Source: an uncultured bacterium (lineage in GTDB: Bacteria > Krumholzibacteriota > Krumholzibacteriia > Krumholzibacteriales > Krumholzibacteriaceae). Taken from it: a stretch of DNA of 64,000 nucleotides. A program made the position numbers and the translations under genes. Numbering within the stretch: position 1 is the first letter of the stretch; every line of letters begins with the position of its first letter. This document shows, piece after piece, positions 13,449 to 23,256 of the stretch. The notes under the pieces were generated by a model. It was not told the origin of the DNA and searched no databases. It saw only the letters and a program-made list of their open reading frames with translations. The stretch is from NCBI GenBank assembly GCA_963813815.1, contig CAWFAD010000016.1:288001-352000 (forward strand), read 5' to 3'.

Positions 13449-14186
13449 GTGGATTCGACAGACGCAAAAGGACAGGAGCCGAAGCAGGCGCCGTCGCCGT
13501 CGCCGCAGGCGCACGCACCGCAGGCGCACGCGCCGCAGCCGGCGCGGGGGCCGAGAGGCCCTCAAAACGGGCGCGATTCGAGGGGCGGGCGCGATTCGAG
13601 AGGCGGACGCGACTCGCGTGGCGGACGCGACCGGCGGGATTCGAGGGATTCCCGGATGGGCGACGACGCCGGCCCCGAATTTCTCGAGCAGACGATTCAC
13701 ATCAACCGCGTGGCGAAGGTCGTCAAGGGCGGACGCCGTTTCGGGTTCAACGCCATCGTGGCCGTGGGGGACGGGATGGGCAAGGTGGGCATCGGACTCG
13801 GCAAGGCGAATGAAATCGCGGACGCGATCCGCAAGGCGACCGAGACGGCGAAGAAGGAGATGTTCCGCGTTCCGATGATCAAGGGAACGATTCCCTACCG
13901 AGTGACGGGCGTGTTCGGCGCGGCGCGCGTTCTCATGAAGCCGGCGAGCCCCGGTACCGGCGTCATCGCCGGCGGCGCGGTGCGCGCGGTCCTCGAAGTG
14001 GCCGGCGTGAAGGACATTCTCACGAAGTCGCTCGGCTCGAACAACCCGCACAACCTCGTCAAGGCGACGACGACGGGGCTCAAGAGCCTGCGCAGCGCCC
14101 GGGACTACGCAAGGAAGCGGGACATCACACTCACGAAGCTTTTCGGCGCGGCCCCCGGCAAGCCGGGCGCCGACGACGCTCGATAG
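13449..14186 (+). CDS. rpsE: 30S ribosomal protein S5 with long N-terminal extension
   Basis: [33 protein letters not shown]. Confidence 0.97.
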   Translation: MDSTDAKGQEPKQAPSPSPQAHAPQAHAPQPARGPRGPQNGRDSRGGRDSRGGRDSRGGRDRRDSRDSRMGDDAGPEFLEQTIHINRVAKVVKGGRRFGFNAIVAVGDGMGKVGIGLGKANEIADAIRKATETAKKEMFRVPMIKGTIPYRVTGVFGAARVLMKPASPGTGVIAGGAVRAVLEVAGVKDILTKSLGSNNPHNLVKATTTGLKSLRSARDYARKRDITLTKLFGAAPGKPGADDAR

Positions 14187-14198
14187 CGAGGAACGGCC

Positions 14199-14459
14199 AT
14201 GGCGACCATATTGAAGATCACGCAGACGAAGAGCATCATCAACTCGCTCAACGAGAAGCACCGCCCCGTCATGAAGTCTCTCGGCTTCCGACGCAACCAG
14301 CGGACGCTTTACCAGAAGGATACGCCCCAGATCCGCGGCATGCTCCACAAGGTGCAGCACATGGTCGTCTGGGAAGTGATCGACGAGAAGGACATCACGG
14401 TCCCCGCCAAGAAGGGATCGGGCATCACGGTTCTTGAGAAGGGAACCACAAGGAGATAA
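14199..14459 (+). CDS. rpmD: 50S ribosomal protein L30, C-terminally extended
   Basis: LKITQTKS.I, SLG.RR, DTPQIRGM..KV.HMV; between rpsE and rplO. Confidence 0.92.
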   Translation: MATILKITQTKSIINSLNEKHRPVMKSLGFRRNQRTLYQKDTPQIRGMLHKVQHMVVWEVIDEKDITVPAKKGSGITVLEKGTTRR

Positions 14460-14464
14460 TCGCG

Positions 14465-14947
14465 ATGAAGCTGAGCGATATCAAACCCCCGAAGGGCGCG
14501 GTCAAGAACCACAAGCGGGTCGGCTGCGGCCCCGGCTCGGGACACGGCAAGACGTCGACGCGCGGCCACAAGGGCCAGAAGGCCCGCTCGGGCGGCGGCA
14601 TTCCGCCCTGGTTCGAGGGTGGACAGATGCCCCTGCAGCGGCGCGTACCGAAGCGGGGATTCGTGAACATCTTCAGAGCGGAATATCAGGTCGTGAATCT
14701 GGACAGCCTGAAATCCTTCGCGAGCGGCGCGAAGATCAACCGGGGCACTCTTCTCGAGGCGGGGCTCGTGCGCAGGTCGGGCGACCCCGTCAAGATTCTC
14801 GGCCGCGGCGAGATTACGATCCCGCTCGAGGTCGAGGTCGACGCGGTGAGCCTGAGCGCGGCGGAGGCGATCCGGAAGGCCGGCGGCACGATCCGTCTGC
14901 TCTCCGGCAAGAAGGTCCCCGGGCTTGACAAGCGGGGGAAGGAGTAA
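14465..14947 (+). CDS. rplO: 50S ribosomal protein L15
   Basis: GSGHGKTSTRGHKGQKARSG, FEGGQMPL.RR.PKRGF. Confidence 0.98.
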   Translation: MKLSDIKPPKGAVKNHKRVGCGPGSGHGKTSTRGHKGQKARSGGGIPPWFEGGQMPLQRRVPKRGFVNIFRAEYQVVNLDSLKSFASGAKINRGTLLEAGLVRRSGDPVKILGRGEITIPLEVEVDAVSLSAAEAIRKAGGTIRLLSGKKVPGLDKRGKE

Positions 14948-16269
14948 TGTTCAAGAAGCTGCAGGACATCTTCGCCATCCCCGAGCTCAAGCGCCGGCTC
15001 CTCTTTACCATGGGCCTCCTCGTGGTGTACCGCATCGGCGGCCACATCACGACGCCCGGCGTGAACCCGCTCGCCCTGAGGGCGGCGTTCGAGAGCCAGC
15101 AGGGGACGATCTCTTGCCCTGTACGACCTCTTCGCGGGGGGCAACTTCTCCCGCGCGACGATCTTCGCGCTCGGCATCATGCCGTACATCAGCGCGTCGA
15201 TCATCATCCAGCTCCTTCAGGCGGTCATTCCGTACTTCGAGAAGCTCGCCAAGGAAGGCGAAGAGGGGCGGAAGAAGATCACCCAGTACACGCGCTACGG
15301 CACCGTGGCGCTCGCCGCGGTCCAGTCGTTCGGCATCGCCTTCTTCCTCGAGAGCCTCAACGTCGGCGGCGCGGCGGTCGTGCCGGATCCCGGGATTCTG
15401 GTTTCCGGCTGCTCACCGATGCTGACGATGGTCGTCGGGAACCATCTTCGTGATGTGGCTCGGCGAGCAGATCACCGAGCGGGGCATCGGCAACGGCATC
15501 TCGCTCATCATCATCATCGGCATCGTGGCCCGCTATCCGACCGATGTTCTCGACACGTGGCGCGCGCTCCGGCTCGGCACCATCAGCCCGCTCCGACTCG
15601 TGATACTCCTCGTCATCATGGTGGCCGTCACGGCGAGCGTCATCCTCATCACGCAGGGGCAGCGCCGCATCCCGGTGCAGTACGCCAAACGCATCGTCGG
15701 GCGCCGCGTCTACGGCGGGCAAGGCGCAGTACATTCCGCTCCGCGTCAACACGGCGGGCGTCATTCCGATCATCTTCGCCCAGTCGATCATGATGTTCCC
15801 GGGAACGATCGCCGCGTTCTTCCGCGAGAACGCGATCATGGCGGGCATCATGTCGATCTTTAATCCCGGGACTCGTTGATTTACATGTCTCTCTACGCGA
15901 TCATCATCATCTTCTTCACGTATTTCTACACGGCGATCGTCCTGAACCCGATCGATCTCGCCGAGAACATGCAGAAGTACGGCGGCTTCATCCCGGGCAT
16001 CCGGCCGGGGAAGCGCACGAGCGAATACATCGACCGGATTCTCACGCGGGTGACGCTTCCGGGCGCCATCTTTCTCGCGTTCATCGCGGTTCTGCCCGAC
16101 CTCATGATCCAGCGCGGCAACGTCCCGCACCGTCTACTTCGGCGGCACGAGCCTGCTCATCGTGGTCGGCGTCATGCTGGATACGCTCCAGCAGATCGAG
16201 TCGCACCTCCTCATGAGGCACTACGACGGATTCATGAAGAAGGGTCACCTGCGCGGCAGACGGTTCTAG
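14947..16269 (+). CDS. secY: Preprotein translocase SecY (several apparent single-base frameshifts, probably assembly errors)
   Basis: SecY motifs spread over several frames: [72 protein letters not shown]. Confidence 0.93.
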
Positions 16270-16282
16270 GAGGAAGGGTATC

Positions 16283-16930
16283 GTGGCGGGGCTTCGACTC
16301 ATCATTCTCGGCGCGCCGGGTTCCGGCAAGGGGACCCAGGCGTCGCGTCTCGCCGCGGAAAAGGGGCTCCGGCACCTCTCCACGGGCGACATGCTCCGCG
16401 ACGCCGTGGCGAGAAAGACCGCGATCGGGCTCCGCGCGGCCGAATACATGAAGAAGGGGCTCCTCGGCCCGGACGAGATCATATTCGCGCTCATGCGCGA
16501 GGCGCTCGCGGCGTCGGCGGGGAGCGGATGGATTCTCGACGGGTTTCCGAGAACGCTCGCGCAGGCCGAGGAGCTCGAGAAGATGCTCGTCGAGCTCGGC
16601 GAGCGGGTCGATCGCGTCATCGACATCGAGGTCGCCCCGGAGCTCATCGTGCGCCGGCTCTCGAACCGCCGCGTGTGTCCGAAGTGCAAGGCGGTCTACA
16701 ACCTCGACACGATCGTGACGAAGACGCCGGGCCGCTGCGATGCCTGCGGGGCGGAGATCGTCAAGCGCCCCGACGACGAGGAGACGACGATTCGCAAGCG
16801 TCTCGAGGTCTACAACGATCAGACGGCCCCGGTCATCGAGTACTATCGGAAGCGGGGCGGGCTCGTGACGGTCGACGGAGCGAGCGGCATAGAGGAGATT
16901 TTCGCGGAGATTCTCCGCGCGTTGAAATGA
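16283..16930 (+). CDS. adk: Adenylate kinase (zinc LID)
   Basis: GAPGSGKGTQ, STGDMLR, LDGFPRT, CPKC...CDAC. Confidence 0.98.
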   Translation: MAGLRLIILGAPGSGKGTQASRLAAEKGLRHLSTGDMLRDAVARKTAIGLRAAEYMKKGLLGPDEIIFALMREALAASAGSGWILDGFPRTLAQAEELEKMLVELGERVDRVIDIEVAPELIVRRLSNRRVCPKCKAVYNLDTIVTKTPGRCDACGAEIVKRPDDEETTIRKRLEVYNDQTAPVIEYYRKRGGLVTVDGASGIEEIFAEILRALK

Positions 16931-17670
16931 TAGCGATTCGGAGCGAGGCGGAGCTCGACGAGATCCGGGGCAGCGGCGAAATTCTTCGCGACTGTTTCGG
17001 AATGATCGCTCCGCTGCTCCGGGCGGGCGTGTCGACCGGCGCGCTCGACGAGGCGGCCGAAGAGTTCATACGGTCGCGGGGGGCCGAGCCCTCCTTCAAG
17101 GGATACCAGGGGTATCCCGCCGCCATCTGCGCCTCGGTGAACGAGCAGGTCGTTCACGGGATCCCGGGCCCCCGGGAGCTTCGCGACGGCGACATCGTCG
17201 GCGTCGACATCGGGGTGTTCCGGAACGGGTGGCACGCGGACGCGTCGCGGACGTATCCGGTCGGCGAGGTGGGCGAGACGGCGCGGCGGCTCATAGCGGT
17301 CACGCGTGAGGCGCTCGATCTCGCGATCGCCGAGGCGAAGGCGGGCAGCCGCCTCTCGGACGTCTCGCACGCGGTCGAGCGGCACGCGACGGCGAACGGA
17401 TTCAGCGTCGTGCGCTCGCTCGTCGGACACGGAATCGGGCGGCGGATGCACGAAGAGCCGCAGATTCCGAACTTCGGCTCCCCGGGGAGGGGCCCCGTGC
17501 TCGCGGCGGGAATGGTGCTCGCGATCGAGCCGATGGTGAACGAGGGGACCCACGAGGTCTTCACGCTCGCCGACAACTGGACGTTCGTGACGGCGGATGG
17601 AAAGCTGTCCGCTCATTTCGAGGATACGATCGCGGTAACGGACGGCCGTCCGATCATCATGACGCGGTAG
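16927..17670 (+). CDS. map: Methionine aminopeptidase type I
   Basis: [40 protein letters not shown] overlap with adk. Confidence 0.97.
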   Translation: MIAIRSEAELDEIRGSGEILRDCFGMIAPLLRAGVSTGALDEAAEEFIRSRGAEPSFKGYQGYPAAICASVNEQVVHGIPGPRELRDGDIVGVDIGVFRNGWHADASRTYPVGEVGETARRLIAVTREALDLAIAEAKAGSRLSDVSHAVERHATANGFSVVRSLVGHGIGRRMHEEPQIPNFGSPGRGPVLAAGMVLAIEPMVNEGTHEVFTLADNWTFVTADGKLSAHFEDTIAVTDGRPIIMTR

Positions 17671-17738
17671 GGACCGCGCGCACGTTGGAGGCCGAGGCCG
17701 CCGCAGGGCGGCGCGGCGGGAGGGGCCGAAAGGCGTCG

Positions 17739-17957
17739 ATGTCGAAGCAGAAGGGAATCGCGGTCGAGGGAACGGTCGTCGAAGCTCTGCCGAACGCGAT
17801 GTTCCGGGTCGAGCTCGAGAACAAGCACGTCGTTCTCGCGCACGTCTCGGGGAAGATGCGGATGCACTTTATCCGCATTCTTCCGGGGGACCGGGTCGCG
17901 ATCGAGCTCAGTCCGTACGATCTCGGACGCGGCCGGATCACGTATCGGTACAAGTGA
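17739..17957 (+). CDS. infA: Translation initiation factor IF-1
   Basis: [17 protein letters not shown]...IRILPGD, SPYDL.RGRI. Confidence 0.99.
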   Translation: MSKQKGIAVEGTVVEALPNAMFRVELENKHVVLAHVSGKMRMHFIRILPGDRVAIELSPYDLGRGRITYRYK

Positions 17958-17976
17958 CGGTAAAGGAAGAGTCGAG

Positions 17977-18090
17977 ATGAAGGTTCGAAGCTCAATCAAG
18001 AAGATATGTCCATACTGCAAGATCATCCGGCGGAAGGGAGTCCTCCGCGTGATCTGCAAGAATCCGAAGCACAAACAGCGCCAGGGCTGA
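17977..18090 (+). CDS. rpmJ: 50S ribosomal protein L36 (absent from ORF track)
   Basis: Translated by hand: [37 protein letters not shown]. Confidence 0.98.
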   Translation: MKVRSSIKKICPYCKIIRRKGVLRVICKNPKHKQRQG

Positions 18091-18127
18091 CGGGTGGGCC
18101 AGCGGCGCGCGTGAAAGGAGTGTTTCC

Positions 18128-18520
18128 GTGGCGCGTATTTCCGGTGTCGATATACCCGACAACAAGCACGTTGCGATCGCTCTGACCTATATCTTCGGGA
18201 TCGGCCGATCGACCGCCCGGCACATCTGCGACAAGGCGAAGATCTCGCACAACACGAGAACGCGGGATCTCACCGAGGAGCAGACGGTCCGGCTCAGGGA
18301 CATCATCGAAAACGATCACAAGATCGAGGGCGCCCTGCGGAGCGAAATGACGATGAATATCAAGCGGCTCATGGAGATCGGCTCGTACCGCGGCATGCGG
18401 CACAAAATGGGCCTGCCGGTCCATGGCCAGCGCACGCACACGAACGCCCGGACCCGCAAGGGTCCGCGCAACCGCCCGGGGGCGAAACGCAAAACGGCGA
18501 AGCCGGGAGCCACGGATTAG
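18128..18520 (+). CDS. rpsM: 30S ribosomal protein S13
   Basis: [36 protein letters not shown]. Confidence 0.99.
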   Translation: MARISGVDIPDNKHVAIALTYIFGIGRSTARHICDKAKISHNTRTRDLTEEQTVRLRDIIENDHKIEGALRSEMTMNIKRLMEIGSYRGMRHKMGLPVHGQRTHTNARTRKGPRNRPGAKRKTAKPGATD

Positions 18521-18572
18521 TCGTCCGCGCGAGAGCGCGCGGCGAGGATAGCGCACGAACAGGAGGTTGACG

Positions 18573-18959
18573 GTGCCAGGACCTCGGGGAGCGAAAAAGA
18601 AAACGAAAAAGGTGGACGCGTTCGGCGTCGTTCATATCCAGTCCACCTTCAACAACACGATCGTGAGCATTACGGACAGGGAAGGCAAGGTCATCACGTG
18701 GTCGAGCCCCGGACGGCTCGGCTACAAGGGCTCGCGCAAGAGCACGCCGTTCGCGGCCCAGCAGGCGGCCTCGACCGCCGCCCGCGAAGCGATGGCCCTC
18801 GGCGTCAAGAAGGTCGAAGCGTGGGTGCGGGGTCCCGGCCCGGGGCGCGAGGCGGCGATTCGTTCGCTGCGCGCGACGGGTCTCGAAGTTTCGGCGATCA
18901 AGGATTGCACCCCGATGCCCCACAACGGCTGCCGCGCCAAGAAGCGCAGACGCATATAG
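18573..18959 (+). CDS. rpsK: 30S ribosomal protein S11
   Basis: [29 protein letters not shown] start 6 nt after AGGAGG. Confidence 0.98.
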   Translation: MPGPRGAKKKTKKVDAFGVVHIQSTFNNTIVSITDREGKVITWSSPGRLGYKGSRKSTPFAAQQAASTAAREAMALGVKKVEAWVRGPGPGREAAIRSLRATGLEVSAIKDCTPMPHNGCRAKKRRRI

Positions 18960-19005
18960 CGACCGCCGTCGCGGCGGACCCGGTTTAGAGGAGGTATACG
19001 AGACG

Positions 19006-19635
19006 ATGGCGAGGTATCTGGAGTCCAAATGCAAGCTGTGCCGCAGGGACGGCGTGAAGCTCTTTCTCAAGGGCGACCGCTGCTATTCGGACAAGTGCGC
19101 GATCGAGAAGCGCAACTATCCGCCCGGCGAGCACGGTCACGCGCGTTTCAGCCGCCGGAGCGGTTATCGCCTGCAGCTTCGCGAGAAGCAGAAGCTCCGC
19201 CGCATGTACATCCTGCTCGAGCGGCAGTTCCGCGGCTATTATGATCGCGCGGTGAAGATGAAAGGCGTCACGGGCACGAATCTCTTGAAGCTCCTCGAGG
19301 CGCGGCTCGACAACATGGTGTTCCGCATGGGCTTCGCCCCGTCGCGGGAGACCTCCCGTCAGCTCGTGCTTCACAAGCACTTCGAGGTCAACGGCAAGCT
19401 CGTTGACCGGCCGAGCTTCCAGCTCCGGCCGGGGGATCGCGTGGCGGTGAGGGAGAAGAGCAGGAATCTGCTCGTCATCGAAGAGGCTTTGAAGAAATAC
19501 GGAAGCCGGGGGACCGTCTCCTACGTGACGGTCGACGTCACGAAGCGCGAGGGCACCTACGTCGAGGAGCCGACGCGCGAGATGATCCCGGTTCCGATCG
19601 AAGAAAACGTGATCGTGGAGCTCTACTCGAAGTAA
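19006..19635 (+). CDS. rpsD: 30S ribosomal protein S4
   Basis: CKLCRR.G.KLFLKG.RC, QLREKQK, LEARLDN, IVELYSK. Confidence 0.99.
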   Translation: MARYLESKCKLCRRDGVKLFLKGDRCYSDKCAIEKRNYPPGEHGHARFSRRSGYRLQLREKQKLRRMYILLERQFRGYYDRAVKMKGVTGTNLLKLLEARLDNMVFRMGFAPSRETSRQLVLHKHFEVNGKLVDRPSFQLRPGDRVAVREKSRNLLVIEEALKKYGSRGTVSYVTVDVTKREGTYVEEPTREMIPVPIEENVIVELYSK

Positions 19636-19721
19636 TGAGGATTCGACGCGGCGGACGAGGCGCCGGCGCCCCGCCGCTTTGGGGGAGCGCGGCGAGAGAC
19701 CGTGCAAGGAGGATTGCATAG

Positions 19722-20765
19722 ATGAAATGGCGTAACCTTCTCATGCCGAAAGAGATCGTTGCGGACGAGTCTGTGGCGACGCCGACCTTCGGGCGCTTCA
19801 GAATCGAGCCGCTCGAGCGCGGGTTCGGCAATACGATCGGCAACGCGCTCCGGCGCACGCTCCTCTCCTCGATTCAGGGCGCCGCGGTGACGGCGGTCAA
19901 GATCGGGAGCGTTCTCCATGAGTTCTCCACCGTCAAGGGCGTGAAAGAGGACGTCACCGACATCGTGCTCAACCTGAAGCAGCTCATCGGCAAGATGCAC
20001 GGCGACGATCCGAAGTTTCTCCATATCGACGTCACGAAGAAGGGCGAGATCACGGCGGCGGACATCACGGAGGATCCCGAGTTCGAGATCCTCAACAAAG
20101 ACCTCGTCATCGCCACGTGCACGGAGAAAACGCATTTCAAAATGGATATCCTCGTCGGGCACGGCCGCGGCTACGTCACCTCGGAGCTGCACAACCTCGA
20201 GGAGTTCGAGATCGGTCTCATCCCGATGGATTCGAACTTCAGCCCGGTGACGCACGCGAACTACGTCGTGAAGAATACGCGCGTCGGCCAGCGGACCGAC
20301 TACGACTCGCTCGCGCTCGAGATCACGACGAACGGCAGCATCACCCCGCAGGACGCGCTCGGCTACGCCGCGAAGATTCTCAAGGATCACATGCTCCTCT
20401 TCATCAAGTTCGAGGAGGAGCCGGTCGAGGAATCGGCCGAAGTGGTCGATCAGGACCTCGAGCGGATCAGGGAGCTCCTCGCCCGCAGCGTCGAAGAGCT
20501 CGAGCTCTCCGTTCGCTCGTCGAACTGCCTCAAGGCCGCCAACATCAAGAGCCTCGGCGAGCTCGTGCGCAAGACCGAGGGGGACATGCTCAAGTACCGG
20601 AACTTCGGCCGCAAGAGCCTCAAGGAAATCCTCGACATACTCGAGGGAATGGGGCTCGCGCTCGGCATGGACGTCGACGCGCTGCTCCGGGGCGAGAAGA
20701 AGCTCGACAAGAAGATCGAAAAGGCCGAGAAATCGGATAAAAAGGAGAAAGAGGAGAAGGAATAA
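19722..20765 (+). CDS. rpoA: RNA polymerase alpha subunit
   Basis: EPLERGFG.TIGNALRR.LLSS, RVGQRTDYD, LELSVRSSNCLK, NFGRKSL.EI. Confidence 0.99.
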   Translation: MKWRNLLMPKEIVADESVATPTFGRFRIEPLERGFGNTIGNALRRTLLSSIQGAAVTAVKIGSVLHEFSTVKGVKEDVTDIVLNLKQLIGKMHGDDPKFLHIDVTKKGEITAADITEDPEFEILNKDLVIATCTEKTHFKMDILVGHGRGYVTSELHNLEEFEIGLIPMDSNFSPVTHANYVVKNTRVGQRTDYDSLALEITTNGSITPQDALGYAAKILKDHMLLFIKFEEEPVEESAEVVDQDLERIRELLARSVEELELSVRSSNCLKAANIKSLGELVRKTEGDMLKYRNFGRKSLKEILDILEGMGLALGMDVDALLRGEKKLDKKIEKAEKSDKKEKEEKE

Positions 20766-21403
20766 TGCGGCACAGACGTTCCGGCCGGAAGCTCGGCAAA
20801 ACCGCTACACATAGAAAAGCGATGCTCGGCAACATGGTCACTTCGCTCTTCGAGCGCGAGCGCATCCAGACGACGATCCCGAAGGCCAAGGAAGCCCGGA
20901 GCCTCGCCGAGCGCCTCATCACCTTCGCGCGGCGCGGCAACGCGGCGGCGGAGGGCGGCGCCAAGGAAAAGCAGCTCGCGGCGCGCCGGCACGTGGCGCG
21001 CATCGTGCACGACAGCGATGTTCTGCGAAAGCTCTTCGACGAGATCGCCCCGCGCTACGTAGAGCGTCCGGGCGGCTACACCCGTATCGTGCGTCTCGGC
21101 AAGACGCGCGTCGGCGACGCCGCCCAGATGGCGATTCTCGAGCTCCTGAAGAAGGACGAGGAAGGCCGCAAGAAGAAGAAGAAACCGCGGAAGACCTACC
21201 GCAAGCTCGATATGCCGGCGGGCCCCGCCGCGCCGAAGAAGCCGGCGAAGGTCGCCGAGGCAGAGGCCGCCGCCGAGACGCCGGCCGCCGAGGCCCCCGC
21301 CGCGGAGCATGAGCACAAGGCTCCGAAGGCCGAGGCCCACAAGGCCCCGAAGAAGGAAAAGACGAAAGAGGCGGAGCCGAAACCGAAAAAGGGCAAGAAG
21401 TAA
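20765..21403 (+). CDS. rplQ: 50S ribosomal protein L17 with Lys/Glu/Ala-rich C-terminal tail
   Basis: MRHRRSGRKLG, TT.PKAKE, RPGGYTRI, GDAA.MA.LEL. Confidence 0.98.
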   Translation: MRHRRSGRKLGKTATHRKAMLGNMVTSLFERERIQTTIPKAKEARSLAERLITFARRGNAAAEGGAKEKQLAARRHVARIVHDSDVLRKLFDEIAPRYVERPGGYTRIVRLGKTRVGDAAQMAILELLKKDEEGRKKKKKPRKTYRKLDMPAGPAAPKKPAKVAEAEAAAETPAAEAPAAEHEHKAPKAEAHKAPKKEKTKEAEPKPKKGKK

Positions 21404-21430
21404 CGGCCCGGGCTCCGGGAGAGCGCTCTC

Positions 21431-22435
21431 GTGGTACTCGCGAACGTCATTCTCCCCGTCTTTTTCATCATCTTTCTCGGCTTTCTCCTGAGAAAATACG
21501 GAAGGGTGGACCTGCGCGCGTTCTCTCGCGCGCAGCTCTACCTTCTTTCCCCCGCGCTCGTCTTTATGTCGCTCGCGAACGCCGAGGCCGAGACGGGGCT
21601 CATTCTTCGCGTGCTCCTCTTCATCGTCTGCATGCAGGCGGTGATCCTCGCCATCGCCCTCGGGGCGGGCTTCGTCGCGCGCCGCGACCGCGCCGAGCGG
21701 CAGGCGATCGCCATCTCATCCGTTTTCGTGAACAGCGGCTTCTACGGCATCCCCGTGTGCATGCTCGCCTTCGGGGAGTGGGGCCTCGTCTACGGAACGA
21801 TCTACATGGTCGCCTCCTCCATAACGCAGTCGACGACGGGGATCTTTCTCGCGAGCGCGGGGCGGCAGGGCGCGCGGCAGGCGTTCGCGGCGATCTTCAA
21901 GGTGCCGCTCATATACGCGATCGTCGCGGCGAGGGTGCTCGTGCATTACGACGCGCTGCCGAGCGAGCCCTTCATGAAAATGATCAACATGCTCGGCCAG
22001 TCGGCCATCCCGCTCGGCCTCATACTCCTCGGGATGCAGCTCGAGCGGATCGCGCTCGAGTGGTCGATATGGCGAGGCGGCGCCGCGGCCGCGCTCGACC
22101 TCGAAGGGGAGTGAGGCGCCTGCGCCGGCCTCGTGCCCGCCGGGCGACACCGCCGCGACCGTCGGCAGGGACGTGAAGGATGGAATGGCGGGCGGCCGCG
22201 CTCCGGATCGCCGGGGGGTTCGTCGTTTCGTTCGCTCTCGTTCATCTTTTCGACTTCGGTCCCAACATGAATCAGGTGATCATTCTGCAGTCGTCGATGC
22301 CGACCGCCGTCAACATGGTGGTGTACGCCACGGAGTGGAACTGCAGACCGCGCATAGTGGCGGTCGCGATTCTCGCCTCGACGCTCGCGAGCGTCGCGAG
22401 CATACCCGATCATACTGCGGCTCATCGGAGGGTAG
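21431..22435 (+). CDS. AEC (auxin efflux carrier/malate permease) family transporter, apparently frameshifted near 22110-22180 and ~22405
   Basis: Multi-TM; NSGFYGIP, AIPLGLILLG, ILQSSMPTAVN, ASTLAS in successive frames. Confidence 0.8.
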
Positions 22436-22484
22436 GGGGCGGCGGCCGCTTTCCCGCCGTCGGTGGCCAGCCGCCGGGGACGCA

Positions 22485-23216
22485 ATGCCGGAACGCATAT
22501 TTCATTTCACGCCGGAAAACGCCGAGGGGGCGGCGCGTCTTTTTGCCGCTTGCTCGCGGCTCCGCTCCGAGGGCGCGCGCATCCGCGTCGGCGTGCTCGA
22601 GAGCAGCTTCGGGCCGGCGCGGGGTCTCGCGCTGCCGCCGCCGTCTGCGTCGCTCGGGGATCTCGAATCGCTCGGCGCATCGGACGAAGCGCTCGTTATC
22701 GTGAGCCACGCGGCGATGTCGCGCGTCGAGGAGATATCGCGGCCGGACTATCTCGCGGTTGTCGGGGGCGGTGTGCGGTTCGGGGCGTTTTCCGACGAGG
22801 TCGGGCGCGCCGGGCTTCGCTTCGCGCACGAGCCGGACGAGGCGATGCGCGAAACGACGATCGCGGGGCTCATCATGGCGGGGACGCGCTTTCCGACGGA
22901 CGAGAGGTTCGGCGATCTCCGCGAGCAGGTGCTCTCGCTCGAGCTCGCGATTCCGAAGGGGGAGGTCATCCGTACCGGCTCGCGGGCGGTGAAGGATGTG
23001 GCGGGATACAATATAGCCGGGTTCGTCATGGGCGGTGGCGGGCGTTGCGGGATGATCGCGCGGGCGACGCTCCGGCTCCTGCCGATGGCGTTCGGGGGAG
23101 CCGCCGCCGGAGGGACGCCCGCCCCGAGCGTGGCGGGCCGGCCTATCGAAGGCCCGCCGGCGCTCGCCGAGCGCGTGTACGATGTTTTCGATCCCTCGCG
23201 CATCATGCTGCCCTAG
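22485..23216 (+). CDS. FAD-binding oxidoreductase, GlcE/GlcD-like, short
   Basis: TIAG, GEVIRTGSRAVKDVAGYNI, G..G..GMI..ATLRL, FDP.RIM. Confidence 0.75.
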   Translation: MPERIFHFTPENAEGAARLFAACSRLRSEGARIRVGVLESSFGPARGLALPPPSASLGDLESLGASDEALVIVSHAAMSRVEEISRPDYLAVVGGGVRFGAFSDEVGRAGLRFAHEPDEAMRETTIAGLIMAGTRFPTDERFGDLREQVLSLELAIPKGEVIRTGSRAVKDVAGYNIAGFVMGGGGRCGMIARATLRLLPMAFGGAAAGGTPAPSVAGRPIEGPPALAERVYDVFDPSRIMLP

Positions 23217-23256
23217 CCCGGGTGCGCGATGGGGTGTGACGGCCGAAGAGGAACGC

